Source: an uncultured Candidatus Saccharibacteria bacterium
Lineage (GTDB): Bacteria; Patescibacteriota; Minisyncoccia; Phycocordibacterales; UBA12088
Assembly (NCBI GenBank): GCA_964567265.1
Contig: CAZMLK010000001.1
Coordinates: 523,723 to 587,722, forward strand
Length of the DNA: 64,000 bases
Reading direction: 5' to 3'
The notes beneath the pieces were generated by a model, which made no database searches, was not told the origin of the DNA, and saw only the letters and a list, made by a program, of their open reading frames with translations. Below are positions 55,706 through 64,000 of this stretch, piece by piece. Each line of letters opens with the position of its first letter. Positions within the stretch are counted from its first letter, which is position 1. The translations under genes were made by a program, and so were the position numbers.

Positions 55706-56322
55706 GCGCCCCTCCCGAGCCTTGTCAAGAAGCTCTTTCGATGGGCAGGTGATAACCCGTTTGTAATGATTTTTTGATAGTGGCCCCTTGTTCCATACCC
55801 CTTGTGGACCTCGAACCCGTATTGCGGATGCTTTTTCGAAAGGCGGACCATGTGGCGGTCGCGGGTCACCTTGGCAGCGATCGATGCCAGTGATATGACC
55901 GGGATCTTCTCGTCGCCCTTGATAATCGTTTGCTGGTTCTTGAATGCGCTCGGCGCGCGGAGCGAGCCGTCGAGGAGGATGTGGATGTGGTCGAGGCGCT
56001 CGCCCGGGTTTTGGCCGCGTGCGGCCAAAACCCGGGCGAGCGCCTTCTGCATTGCTGTCTCAACCGCATGCACGATCCCCTTCCTATCTATATGCGCGGC
56101 TCCGACGAGCGCAGCCGCGAACACGAGGTCGGGATGCGCGCTCATTTTCCGGAGCCATGCTTCCCGTTTCGCTTCCGACAATTGCTTGGAATCGCGGATG
56201 CCTGCAAAAAAATCCGTATCGAAATCGACCGGGATCATGCATGCTCCCACCGACACCGGTCCGGCGATCGGCCCGCGGCCCGCTTCATCGATGCCGATGA
56301 TCCACTGGATCTTTGATTTCAC
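55702..56322 (-). CDS. rnhB: Ribonuclease HII
   Basis: IIGIDEAGRGPIAGPV (DEAGRG catalytic motif) and the remaining RNase HII core. Confidence 0.95.
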   Translation of the reverse strand: MKSKIQWIIGIDEAGRGPIAGPVSVGACMIPVDFDTDFFAGIRDSKQLSEAKREAWLRKMSAHPDLVFAAALVGAAHIDRKGIVHAVETAMQKALARVLAARGQNPGERLDHIHILLDGSLRAPSAFKNQQTIIKGDEKIPVISLASIAAKVTRDRHMVRLSKKHPQYGFEVHKGYGTRGHYQKIITNGLSPAHRKSFLTRLGRGA

Positions 56323-56390
56323 GAGACCATTGTCTCAGAAAGAACGTGCGGCCGCACGGCGACGTCCTGCCAGCGGTCAGTTCGCCGACG

Positions 56391-56891
56391 CTACGGGTTG
56401 TGGTAACAACCAGGTTCTTGCCAGTACGTGGTGCCGGCACTGCCCTGTGTATCTGAATATTTTCCATTACTACTCACACAAACATACGTACCCTTTCCAG
56501 GAAGCTTCGCCATCACAACGTAGACTTTCGGATATGCGGAAGCACCGAGAGAAGTTCCTGTATAGAAACGATTACCGCTCGTACCAGAAAGCGTGATTAT
56601 CTGGTTACAGATGTTCGCCGCCTCCGCAGCAAAATTTCCAGTAAATCCACAATCATTCCAGGCATTCTTTTGAAGTCCCGCGTACGTATTCGTAGTGGAG
56701 TGGTTCAGCTCAAGCAACTTCGTGAACTCACGTACTGAGCTCACGATTGCAGAATCTCTAGCCTTCATGCGCGCAGACGCAAGATTGGTCAACACTACCG
56801 ATGAGAGTATGCCGATGATCGCAATGACGACTAAAAGTTCGATAAGTGTGAATCCTTTCGAACCCTGTACGTTGGATGACATAATTTTCAA
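56391..56891 (-). CDS. Type IV pilin / pseudopilin (prepilin with class III signal)
   Basis: KGFTLIELLVVIAIIGILSS is the G/FTLIE prepilin-peptidase cleavage and N-methylation motif. Four Cys in the C-terminal globular domain. Confidence 0.85.
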   Translation of the reverse strand: MKIMSSNVQGSKGFTLIELLVVIAIIGILSSVVLTNLASARMKARDSAIVSSVREFTKLLELNHSTTNTYAGLQKNAWNDCGFTGNFAAEAANICNQIITLSGTSGNRFYTGTSLGASAYPKVYVVMAKLPGKGTYVCVSSNGKYSDTQGSAGTTYWQEPGCYHNP

Positions 56892-56903
56892 ATATAATGG
56901 TCC

Positions 56904-57227
56904 CTAATGACCGAAATTCATGGAGTCAATCAAGGAGGCAGGAATTGGAATCGGCTCCTTTTGCTTCGTACCTATCTTAATGGTCACAATGGAAAACAAA
57001 ACCATGACCACTACCAGCGCAAGGAGGATATATTGCGCGTGTCGAACCTTCGTGACCACTCCAGTAGCGATGATCATTCGAGCGAGTCTTCCCCGAGCAC
57101 GTGGCCCCTCCTTTTCGGCAAAACGTTCTTCCTGAAATTGTACGCTCTGCATTAGACCTAACCATATCCATTTTTCTACATTCGAGCCAGTGGTTCTATC
57201 CCCATTGAGAATAGGAAACAGAACCAC
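56904..57227 (-). CDS. Hypothetical small membrane protein
   Basis: ORF with one TM segment (YILLALVVVMVLFSIVTI). Start uncertain. Confidence 0.3.
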   Translation of the reverse strand: MVLFPILNGDRTTGSNVEKWIWLGLMQSVQFQEERFAEKEGPRARGRLARMIIATGVVTKVRHAQYILLALVVVMVLFSIVTIKIGTKQKEPIPIPASLIDSMNFGH

Positions 57228-57284
57228 GGGAAATAGGTCTTTGCAACGGACTCGAATATTTCCGCATGCGCTATAATCAATCGC

Positions 57285-60200
57285 ATGTCACGCTTCGTCC
57301 ATCTCCACACGCACTCCCACTACAGCCTCCTCAACGCCCTCCCGAAGATCCCCGACCTCGTGAAAGCCGCGAAGGCGGCCGGCATGCCCGCGATCGCGCT
57401 CACCGACGCCGGCAATCTCTATGGTGCCGTCGAGTTCTACAAGGAATGCAAGAAGCAGGGCATCCAGGCGATCGTCGGCATCGATGCGTATGTCGCGGTG
57501 CGCACCCGCTTCGACAAGGAGCCGGGCGTCGACAACCGTCGCGCGCGACTCGTCCTTCTTGCGGAGAATACTGCGGGCTACAAGAATCTCCTGAAGCTCA
57601 TCACTGACTCCTATATGGAGGGCTTCTACTACAAGCCGCGTGTCGACCGCGAGCTCCTCTCGAAATATTCCGAAGGCTTGATCGCGATCATTCCCTCCTT
57701 CAGCGGCGAGACGACGAACGCGCTCAAGATGGGCGACATCGTGAAGGCACGGGATATCTTGAACTGGTACTGGGACGCGTTCGGGAAAGAGAATGTGTTC
57801 CTCGAAGTGACGCACCACCCCGAGATCGAGGGTCATGAAGTGCTGCAAAAAAAGATCATCGATTTTGCACGCGAGTCCGGCGCACAAATAGTCGCCGCGC
57901 ACGATGTATACTACCTCCTTCCGGAAGACCGACGGGCTCGGGAGACCATGATCAAGATCCAGTCCGGCGGCACCGTCGAAGAAACCGGCCAGAGCGGATT
58001 CGAGGATGCGGAGGATGATTTCTCATTCATCAGTCCCGAAAAAGCTGAAGAGCTTTTTCGGGACACCCCAGACGCGCTCGACAATACCCTGAAGATCGCC
58101 GAGCGCTGCACATTCGAGTTGCCGCTCGGCAAGTGGTCGTTCCCGATCCCGCAGATCGAGAGCGGCCGGACGCCGGACGAGGAGCTTCGTCATCTCGCCT
58201 TCGAAGGCATCGCGAGGCGCGGACTTGAGAAGAGCAAGGAGCTCGAGGACCGCCTGGAGTACGAGCTCAGCGTCATCAAGACCAAGGGCTACGCGAGCTA
58301 CTTCATCGTCGTCGCCGACCTCCTCCGCTACGCGCACGACCACGACATCCTCACCAACATCCGCGGCTCGGTCGCCGGATCCCTGACGACCTATCTCACG
58401 GGGATCACGAACGTGAACCCGCTCGAGTACAAGCTTCCCTTCGAGCGCTTCCTCAATCCGGAACGTCCTTCCGCTCCCGATATCGACATGGACTTCGCCG
58501 ACGACCGCCGCGACGAGGTCATCGAGTACGCGAAGCAGAAGTACGGGAGCGCGAATGTCGCGCAGATCGGGACCTTCGGGACCATGATGGCGCGCGCCGC
58601 CGTCAGGGACGTCGCGCGCGCGCTCGGCCATCCCTATGCAGTCGGCGACCGCATCGCGAAGCTGATCCCGATCGGCTCGCAGGGATTCCCGATGACGCTC
58701 GACCATGCCATGGAGATCGAAGCCGACCTCGCCAAGCTGTACAAGACCGACAAGGACGCGAAGGAGGTCATCGATCTCTCGAAGAAGATCGAGGGCTGCG
58801 CGCGGCACATTTCCGTCCACGCGGCCGGCGTCGTCATCGCCCCTTCCCCGCTCACTGACTACAGCCCCCTCCAGATGGACCCCAAGGGCGGCAAGATCAT
58901 CACGCAGTACGACATGTACTCGATCGACGAGGACAACGCCGGCCTTCTCAAATTCGACTTCCTCGGCATCCGCAACCTCTCGATCCTCGCGGACGCCGTA
59001 AAGCGTGTGCGCACGATCCGCGGCATCGATATCGACATCGGCGCGATCCCGCTTGATGACAAGAAGACCTTCGAGATGCTCGCGCGCGGCGAGACCATGG
59101 GACTGTTCCAATTGAACGGCGGCGGCATGACGCGCGCGCTTACCGAGCTCCGGCCGACTACGATCCATGACATCAACGTCATGGTCGCCCTCTATCGCCC
59201 GGGCCCGATGGACAACATCAAGGAATATATCGCCCGGAAGCATGGTGAGAAGCCGGCGACCTACATGCATCCGAAGATGAAGGATTTCCTTGATACGACC
59301 TTCGGCGTGCTGGTGTACCAGGACGACCTCCTCATGACCGCGGTCGAGGTCGCGGGCTATACGTGGGGCGAAGTGGACAAGTTCCGCAAAGCGGTCGGAA
59401 AGAAGATCCCAGAAGAGATGGCGAAGCAGCATGTCATCTTCGTCGAGGGCTGCCAGAAGCACGGCGGCATGACCAAGGAGAAAGCTGAAGCGATCTGGAA
59501 ATTGTTCGAACCGTTCCAGGGCTACGGTTTCAACAAGGCACACGCCGCGAGCTACGGCCTCGTCGCGTACCAGACTGCGTACATGAAGGCGAACTATCCG
59601 GTCGAGTACATGGCGGCCGTGCTCACCGCCGACTCGGGCGACGTCGACAAGGTCGCGGAAATCATCGCCGGCACGAAGCGCATGGGCATCCAAGTAATGC
59701 CTCCCGACGTCAACGAGAGCTTCGGAGTCTTTTCGGTCGTTCCGAACGAGATGAAAATCCGCTTCGGACTCTACTCCATCAAGAACTTCGGCACGGGCGT
59801 CGGCGACACGATCATCGAGGAACGGAAAGCTGGCGGGCCGTACAAGTCGCTGGCTGATTTCTTGAAGCGCATCAAGGATCGGAATTTGAATAAGAAATCG
59901 CTCGAGTCGCTCATCATGTGCGGCGCTCTCGACGCATTCGGCGAACGCGGTATCATGCTCTCGAATATCGAATCCCTACTCACCTTCAACAAGGAGGCGG
60001 CCGCGAACCATAACCAGGATTCCCTGTTCGGTCTTTTCGCCGAAGGATCGATCTCGGAACTGACTCTTGCACCCGGCGAGCCGGCGACGAAATCGAATAT
60101 GCTCAAGTGGGAAAAAGAGCTTCTCGGACTGTACGTCTCTGGGCACCCGCTCGACGCCTTCGCCGAGAAGCTCGCGAACCGCGGCAAGACCATCAACCAG

Positions 60201-60467
60201 GTGAAGGAGTCGACCTACGAAGGCGTCGAGACCGTGATCGGCGGCATCATCGAGGACCTCCGCCTCGTGCTCACCAAGAAGGGCGACAAGATGGCGTTCG
60301 TGAAGATCGCCGACATGTCAGGCTCGATCGAGGTCGTCTTCTTCCCGAAGCTCTACGCGGAGAAGCAGGCGCTTATCGTCCCCGAAGCCTGCCTCGCGAT
60401 CAAGGGAAAATTCTCAATGCGGAACGGTGACGCGTCCATCGTCGCAGAAGCCGTGAAGGCGCTATAG
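57285..60467 (+). CDS. dnaE: DNA polymerase III alpha subunit (short, 1060 aa)
   Basis: PHP domain (FVHLHTHSHYSLL), palm/fingers motifs (GxFGTM, PDIDMDF), and OB fold near the C-terminus. A TATAAT box lies 7 nt upstream of the ATG. Confidence 0.97.
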   Translation: MSRFVHLHTHSHYSLLNALPKIPDLVKAAKAAGMPAIALTDAGNLYGAVEFYKECKKQGIQAIVGIDAYVAVRTRFDKEPGVDNRRARLVLLAENTAGYKNLLKLITDSYMEGFYYKPRVDRELLSKYSEGLIAIIPSFSGETTNALKMGDIVKARDILNWYWDAFGKENVFLEVTHHPEIEGHEVLQKKIIDFARESGAQIVAAHDVYYLLPEDRRARETMIKIQSGGTVEETGQSGFEDAEDDFSFISPEKAEELFRDTPDALDNTLKIAERCTFELPLGKWSFPIPQIESGRTPDEELRHLAFEGIARRGLEKSKELEDRLEYELSVIKTKGYASYFIVVADLLRYAHDHDILTNIRGSVAGSLTTYLTGITNVNPLEYKLPFERFLNPERPSAPDIDMDFADDRRDEVIEYAKQKYGSANVAQIGTFGTMMARAAVRDVARALGHPYAVGDRIAKLIPIGSQGFPMTLDHAMEIEADLAKLYKTDKDAKEVIDLSKKIEGCARHISVHAAGVVIAPSPLTDYSPLQMDPKGGKIITQYDMYSIDEDNAGLLKFDFLGIRNLSILADAVKRVRTIRGIDIDIGAIPLDDKKTFEMLARGETMGLFQLNGGGMTRALTELRPTTIHDINVMVALYRPGPMDNIKEYIARKHGEKPATYMHPKMKDFLDTTFGVLVYQDDLLMTAVEVAGYTWGEVDKFRKAVGKKIPEEMAKQHVIFVEGCQKHGGMTKEKAEAIWKLFEPFQGYGFNKAHAASYGLVAYQTAYMKANYPVEYMAAVLTADSGDVDKVAEIIAGTKRMGIQVMPPDVNESFGVFSVVPNEMKIRFGLYSIKNFGTGVGDTIIEERKAGGPYKSLADFLKRIKDRNLNKKSLESLIMCGALDAFGERGIMLSNIESLLTFNKEAAANHNQDSLFGLFAEGSISELTLAPGEPATKSNMLKWEKELLGLYVSGHPLDAFAEKLANRGKTINQVKESTYEGVETVIGGIIEDLRLVLTKKGDKMAFVKIADMSGSIEVVFFPKLYAEKQALIVPEACLAIKGKFSMRNGDASIVAEAVKAL

Positions 60468-60534
60468 AATTGACAGAATCCTCACGGTACGGTATTCCAG
60501 GCAAAGCACTGGGAACATCTATGGAGGGACACAC

Positions 60535-60942
60535 GTGACCAGGATCCAAGCAGGAATTCTTGAAGAAGTCCAAGGAACACTTCTATACATAGTACGACCG
60601 AGCGATCTACAGTGGGAGAAAGCGCGGAGAAAGGGACAACGCCGGGACGGACAGGACGCAAACGCATTCCGCTCACAGCGCATGTATTTTCGCGGACTCC
60701 TCAGCCCAATCACACTCGATGTATGGCGAGTACTCCTACCGGATCCAGCAAAAGGTTTAAAGCGGCTGGTCGATTTTGTTTGGAAGAGCGGGGATGATCC
60801 TTCACCAATTTATTTCGCACTGACCGGAAGCGGGCACATATACGGCCATCTTGAAATATTCGACCACTGGCATCCCCTACCCAAAGGCACCTCACATTAT
60901 TGGCAATACTCAGAACGTCCCCTCACCGAAGAACCCATGTAA
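60535..60942 (+). CDS. Hypothetical protein (135 aa), GTG start, in a lower-GC segment
   Basis: GGAGGG RBS 5 nt before the GTG. Followed by a strong terminator. No family recognised. Confidence 0.4.
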   Translation: MTRIQAGILEEVQGTLLYIVRPSDLQWEKARRKGQRRDGQDANAFRSQRMYFRGLLSPITLDVWRVLLPDPAKGLKRLVDFVWKSGDDPSPIYFALTGSGHIYGHLEIFDHWHPLPKGTSHYWQYSERPLTEEPM

Positions 60943-60953
60943 GCCGAGCTGCC

Positions 60954-60997
60954 GCCGCCATTCAGAACCTTTCAGGTTCTGAATGGCGGCGTTTGTA
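60954..60997 (+). terminator. Intrinsic terminator (GCCGCCATTCAGAACC-tttca-GGTTCTGAATGGCGGC, then GTTTGTATTT)
   Basis: 16 bp perfect stem followed by a T-rich tract. Confidence 0.75.
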
Positions 60998-61002
60998 TTT
61001 CC

Positions 61003-61198
61003 AAGCGCTTTTGACAAGAAAGTCCGGGCGGCATAGTCTACTCATATGGAACGGACGACCACAACAACGACCACCTAATCCCCTCGGGAGGCCTCGTTGT
61101 TGCTCAAGAAGAACACCGAACAGCCTCCGCCCTCGCGGGGGTTTTTCAATAGGACGCCTAGGAAACACCTTATAATCAGTCGTATAATAACTGGCACC
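61003..61198 (+). promoter_or_regulatory. thrS promoter/leader region: TTGACA -35, a ~190 nt structured leader containing a terminator-like hairpin plus T5, then TATAAT 10 nt before the ATG
   Basis: TTGACA at 61003. Stem CAACAACGACC...GGCCTCGTTGTTG spans 61063-61108. CCGCCCTCGCGGGGGTTTTTC sits near 61128-61150. TATAAT at 61179-61184. Confidence 0.35.
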
Positions 61199-62938
61199 AT
61201 GAACCTCGAACACAACCGTCATACGCTCGCCCACCTCCTCGCCGCGGCCGTTATGAAGCAGTACCCGCACGCGAAAGCCACGATCGGTCCTGCAGTCGCG
61301 ACCGGCTTCTACTATGACTTCGATTTTTCGGGCGGCGCGGTCCCCGGCGAGAATGAGCTGAAGAAGCTCGAGAACATCATGCGGAATCTCCTCCCGCAGT
61401 GGACCGAATTTTCACACAAGGTCGTGACGGCCGATGAGGCACGCACGCATTTCGAGGGCAACGAATACAAGACCGAGCTCATCAACGATCTCGAGAAAGC
61501 CGGTGAGACCATCACCTTCTACACCTGCGGCGGCTTCACCGATCTCTGCCGCGGCGGGCATGCAGAACATCCTTCAGAAGAAATTCCAGCGGATTCATTC
61601 ACGCTCGAGCGCATCGCCGGAGCCTACTGGCGCGGCGACGAGAAGAATCCGATGCTGACCCGCATCTACGGCCTCGCGTTCGAGGACAAGGCCACGCTTG
61701 ATGCGTACACCACGCAGATCGAGGAAGCCAAGAAGCGCGACCATCGCAAGCTCGGCAAGGAGCTCGATCTCTTCACGTTCTCAGAGCTTGTCGGTTCGGG
61801 ACTTCCCCTGTGGACGCCGCGCGGCACGCTCCTCAGAAGTCTCCTTGATCAGTACGTATGGGAACTCCGCACCAAGTACGGATACCAGCGTGTCACGATT
61901 CCCCATTTCACCAAGAAGGATCTGTACGAGAAGTCGGGCCATTGGGAGAAGTTTGCGGACGAGCTGTTCCGCATCACCACGCGCGAAGGCAAGGAATACG
62001 CTGTGAAGCCGATGAACTGCCCGCATCACACGCAGATCTTCGACCGGAAGCCGCACTCGTACAAGGAAATGCCGCAGCGTTACGCGGAAACGACGATGGT
62101 CTACCGCGACGAGCAATCGGGCGAGCTCGGCGGCCTCACGCGCGTGCTCTCGATCACGCAGGACGATTCGCATATCTTCTGCCGCCACTCGCAGGTGAAG
62201 AGCGAATTCTTCAACATCTGGGATATCGTCGATACCTTCTACGGCACGTTTGGCTTCAAGCTCCGCGTACGCCTCTCATTCCACGACCCGGCGGAACCAG
62301 AAAAATATCTGGGCACGCCTGAGACTTGGAAGAATGCCGAAGATGCGCTCCGAGAAATCGCTGAGGAGCGGAAGGCTGACTACTTCGAGGCGCTTGGAGA
62401 AGCGGCGATGTACGGCCCGAAGCTCGATTTCATGGCAACCGATTCCATGGGCCGCCAGCACCAGGTCGCGACCATCCAGCTCGACATGCTGCAGCCGGAG
62501 CGCTTCGACCTCACCTGCAACAACGAGAAGGGCGAGAAGGAGCGCGTCGTCATGATCCACTGCGCGATCATGGGCTCGATCGAGCGCTTCACCGCGGTCC
62601 TCATCGAGCACGTCGCGGGCGCATTCCCCTTCTGGCTCTCGCCCGTCCAAGTGAAGGTCCTGCCGATCACGGACAAGCAGGAGGGGTACGCGAAATCAGT
62701 GTTCGAGAAATTGAAAGCGGCAGGTCTTCGCGTCGAGCTTGATGATTCCAACGAAACGCTCGGCAAGAAGATACGAAATGCAACGCTCGAGAAAGTTCCC
62801 TACACACTGGTGATCGGTGACAAGGAAATCGAATCGGATACGGTCACCGTCGAAAGCCGCGATCATGGAAAACTGGGCGCGCTCTCCGTCGTAGACGCCC
62901 TCGCACGCTTCACGGACGAGAATGCCCGCCGCATCTAG
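61199..62938 (+). CDS. thrS: Threonine--tRNA ligase lacking the N-terminal TGS/N1 domain
   Basis: HxxxH-CxxxH zinc site (CPHHTQIF), class II motifs 2/3 (FRDEQSGELGGLTRV, GSIERFTAVLIEH) and the anticodon-binding domain. Starts at MNLEHNRHTLAHLLA in the second additional domain. Confidence 0.95.
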   Translation: MNLEHNRHTLAHLLAAAVMKQYPHAKATIGPAVATGFYYDFDFSGGAVPGENELKKLENIMRNLLPQWTEFSHKVVTADEARTHFEGNEYKTELINDLEKAGETITFYTCGGFTDLCRGGHAEHPSEEIPADSFTLERIAGAYWRGDEKNPMLTRIYGLAFEDKATLDAYTTQIEEAKKRDHRKLGKELDLFTFSELVGSGLPLWTPRGTLLRSLLDQYVWELRTKYGYQRVTIPHFTKKDLYEKSGHWEKFADELFRITTREGKEYAVKPMNCPHHTQIFDRKPHSYKEMPQRYAETTMVYRDEQSGELGGLTRVLSITQDDSHIFCRHSQVKSEFFNIWDIVDTFYGTFGFKLRVRLSFHDPAEPEKYLGTPETWKNAEDALREIAEERKADYFEALGEAAMYGPKLDFMATDSMGRQHQVATIQLDMLQPERFDLTCNNEKGEKERVVMIHCAIMGSIERFTAVLIEHVAGAFPFWLSPVQVKVLPITDKQEGYAKSVFEKLKAAGLRVELDDSNETLGKKIRNATLEKVPYTLVIGDKEIESDTVTVESRDHGKLGALSVVDALARFTDENARRI

Positions 62939-62943
62939 TGAAT

Positions 62944-63444
62944 ATGAAAAAGGTTCCAGAGAATGAAATTCACGTATTCGTCCACTTCCTCTCGAACTTG
63001 ATCCGGCTGCTTGCGGCAGCGGAGCATGATGCGAAGAAGCGGAAGTTCGATTCCGTGCAGTTTCTGACAATGCGGCTCGCGCCCGACCAATACGACCTCA
63101 CGAAACAAGTGCAGTATGCGTACTTCAGCGCGTTCGAGGCGGCTACGAATCTTACCGGCGTTCCCTATCCGAAATTCGCGTATGACGAGAAATCGATCTC
63201 CGAGCTCAAAACCAGCCTCAGGCAGGCGATCGTATTTCTGGAGTCAGTGAACGGAAAAAAGATGGCAGGCGGAACGAAGCAGGTCACCTCCTACCTCCTT
63301 CCGAAAAAACAGATGCGGCTTTCCGAGTACGTCTCCTATTTCGCGCTCCCGAATTTCTTCTTCCATTACGCGACCGCATACGACATCCTCCGTCTTGCCG
63401 GCGTCCCGCTCGGCAAGGACGACTACTTGGCGCTCAAAAAATAG
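62944..63444 (+). CDS. DUF1993-like four-helix-bundle hypothetical protein
   Basis: 167 aa helical protein. The resemblance to DUF1993 (ENEIHVFVHFLSNL, FALPNFFFHYATAYDILR) is from memory, not a search. The track ORF start 62938 (GTG) overlaps the thrS stop. Confidence 0.45.
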   Translation: MKKVPENEIHVFVHFLSNLIRLLAAAEHDAKKRKFDSVQFLTMRLAPDQYDLTKQVQYAYFSAFEAATNLTGVPYPKFAYDEKSISELKTSLRQAIVFLESVNGKKMAGGTKQVTSYLLPKKQMRLSEYVSYFALPNFFFHYATAYDILRLAGVPLGKDDYLALKK

Positions 63445-63452
63445 AAATGAAT

Positions 63453-63487
63453 AGCCGCCGGATTCCTGAAAGGAATCCGGCGGCTTC
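63453..63487. terminator. Hairpin terminator (AGCCGCCGGATTCC-tgaa-GGAATCCGGCGGCT), with a T-rich tract on the minus side
   Basis: 14 bp stem between convergent genes. Confidence 0.6.
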
Positions 63488-63499
63488 GTCATAGGCGGA

Positions 63500-63796
63500 T
63501 CAATAGCCATACTTCTCGGCGCAATTCTCGTGCCGCCGATTTCTTCTGATGCAGGCTCTATACGCCTGCCGCCTCGACCAACCACCTGACCCGCCGCCGC
63601 GATATTCACGGTACCCTCTGGAGCCGTCGCGATCCCAGGGATCGTAACTTCTTCCAAATCCGGAATTACCGTAGCTTCGCTGTGGGACGCTTCGGACCGG
63701 AGTACTGTCCCGACCTCCGGGAATCACGGGATAATAGCAGCTCGAAAGCACGCTCGTGAAGAGTCCCGCAAGAATGGTTCTTCGACTGATAGTCAT
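63500..63796 (-). CDS. Small Gly/Arg-rich putative lipoprotein
   Basis: MTISRRTILAGLFTSVLSSC is a signal peptide with an LSSC lipobox. Start chosen at 63796. Confidence 0.45.
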   Translation of the reverse strand: MTISRRTILAGLFTSVLSSCYYPVIPGGRDSTPVRSVPQRSYGNSGFGRSYDPWDRDGSRGYREYRGGGSGGWSRRQAYRACIRRNRRHENCAEKYGY

Positions 63797-63860
63797 GGAT
63801 ATTCTCCCTCGGCACATGATTACCTAGACTCAAGCAAACGCTACTGGACGCATTCTTGCA

Positions 63861-63900
63861 AGCATGAAAAAGCCGGGCATCCCTTTTGAGGAAGCCCGAC
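63861..63900 (-). terminator. Minus-strand hairpin plus T5 downstream of the partial CDS at the window edge
   Basis: Minus strand reads CGGGCTTCC...GCCCGGCTTTTTC. Confidence 0.4.
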
Positions 63901-63920
63901 TCCGTCTGTTGATTCTCACC

Positions 63921-64000
63921 TCACCAGTCGTCGTCCCAGCCGTCGTCCTGCGGAGCAAACTCGCTGCATGTATTGAAATCATTCCATTGATTCATGCAAT
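63921..64000 (-). CDS. C-terminal fragment of an unknown protein (ends ...APQDDGWDDDW); the gene starts beyond the window end
   Basis: Open minus-strand frame running from the window edge to a TGA at 63921-63923, followed by a terminator. Confidence 0.3.
   Translation of the reverse strand, partial: CMNQWNDFNTCSEFAPQDDGWDDDW

Noticed and set aside
61003-61198. T-box riboswitch call for the thrS leader
   Set aside because: The conserved T-box sequence (AGGGUGGNACCGCG) could not be found by eye. It is kept only as an unspecified structured leader.

Overview
This 64 kb window is high-GC (roughly 60% by eye) bacterial chromosome, gene-dense on both strands and dominated by housekeeping information-processing genes. 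On the minus strand: rpoB-rpoC, dnaG-rpoD, rpsP-khpA-like-trmD, rnc, a NusB-Nudix fusion, rpmF, rnhB, an SMC-like ATPase and truB. On the plus strand: dnaE, thrS, hisS and rnr. Many small hypothetical genes are interspersed. The most coherent accessory unit is at the left end (1-8585, minus strand). It comprises a Sec-secreted tailspike-like beta-helix protein with a C-terminal peptidase-S74 intramolecular-chaperone domain. Immediately next to it is a tightly packed four-gene operon: a eukaryotic-type phosphomannomutase (HAD-IIB), a small phosphomannose-isomerase-type cupin, and two tandem-domain GH130 proteins. This reads as a beta-mannoside phosphorolysis pathway (Man-1-P to Man-6-P to Fru-6-P). 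Three separate families of near-identical stop-codon-proximal palindromic hairpins (terminators) occur as adjacent pairs, and two of the pairs show compensatory stem substitutions. Many genes have a TATAAT-like -10 box only 7-10 nt upstream of the ATG, suggesting widespread leaderless mRNAs. A roughly 300 bp intergenic stretch (16296-16637) carries three consecutive intrinsic terminators and may encode small RNAs. Several proteins have atypical architectures: a hinge-less short SMC, a NusB-Nudix fusion, sigma-70 with a lysine-rich N-terminal tail, ThrRS lacking its N-terminal domain, a short DnaE and a standalone ParB-like protein. Together with the absence of biosynthetic genes, this suggests a reduced, possibly Patescibacteria/CPR-like genome, but that is inference. 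No rRNA, tRNA, CRISPR array or obvious transposase was found. All calls are from reading the sequence and the ORF track without database searches.
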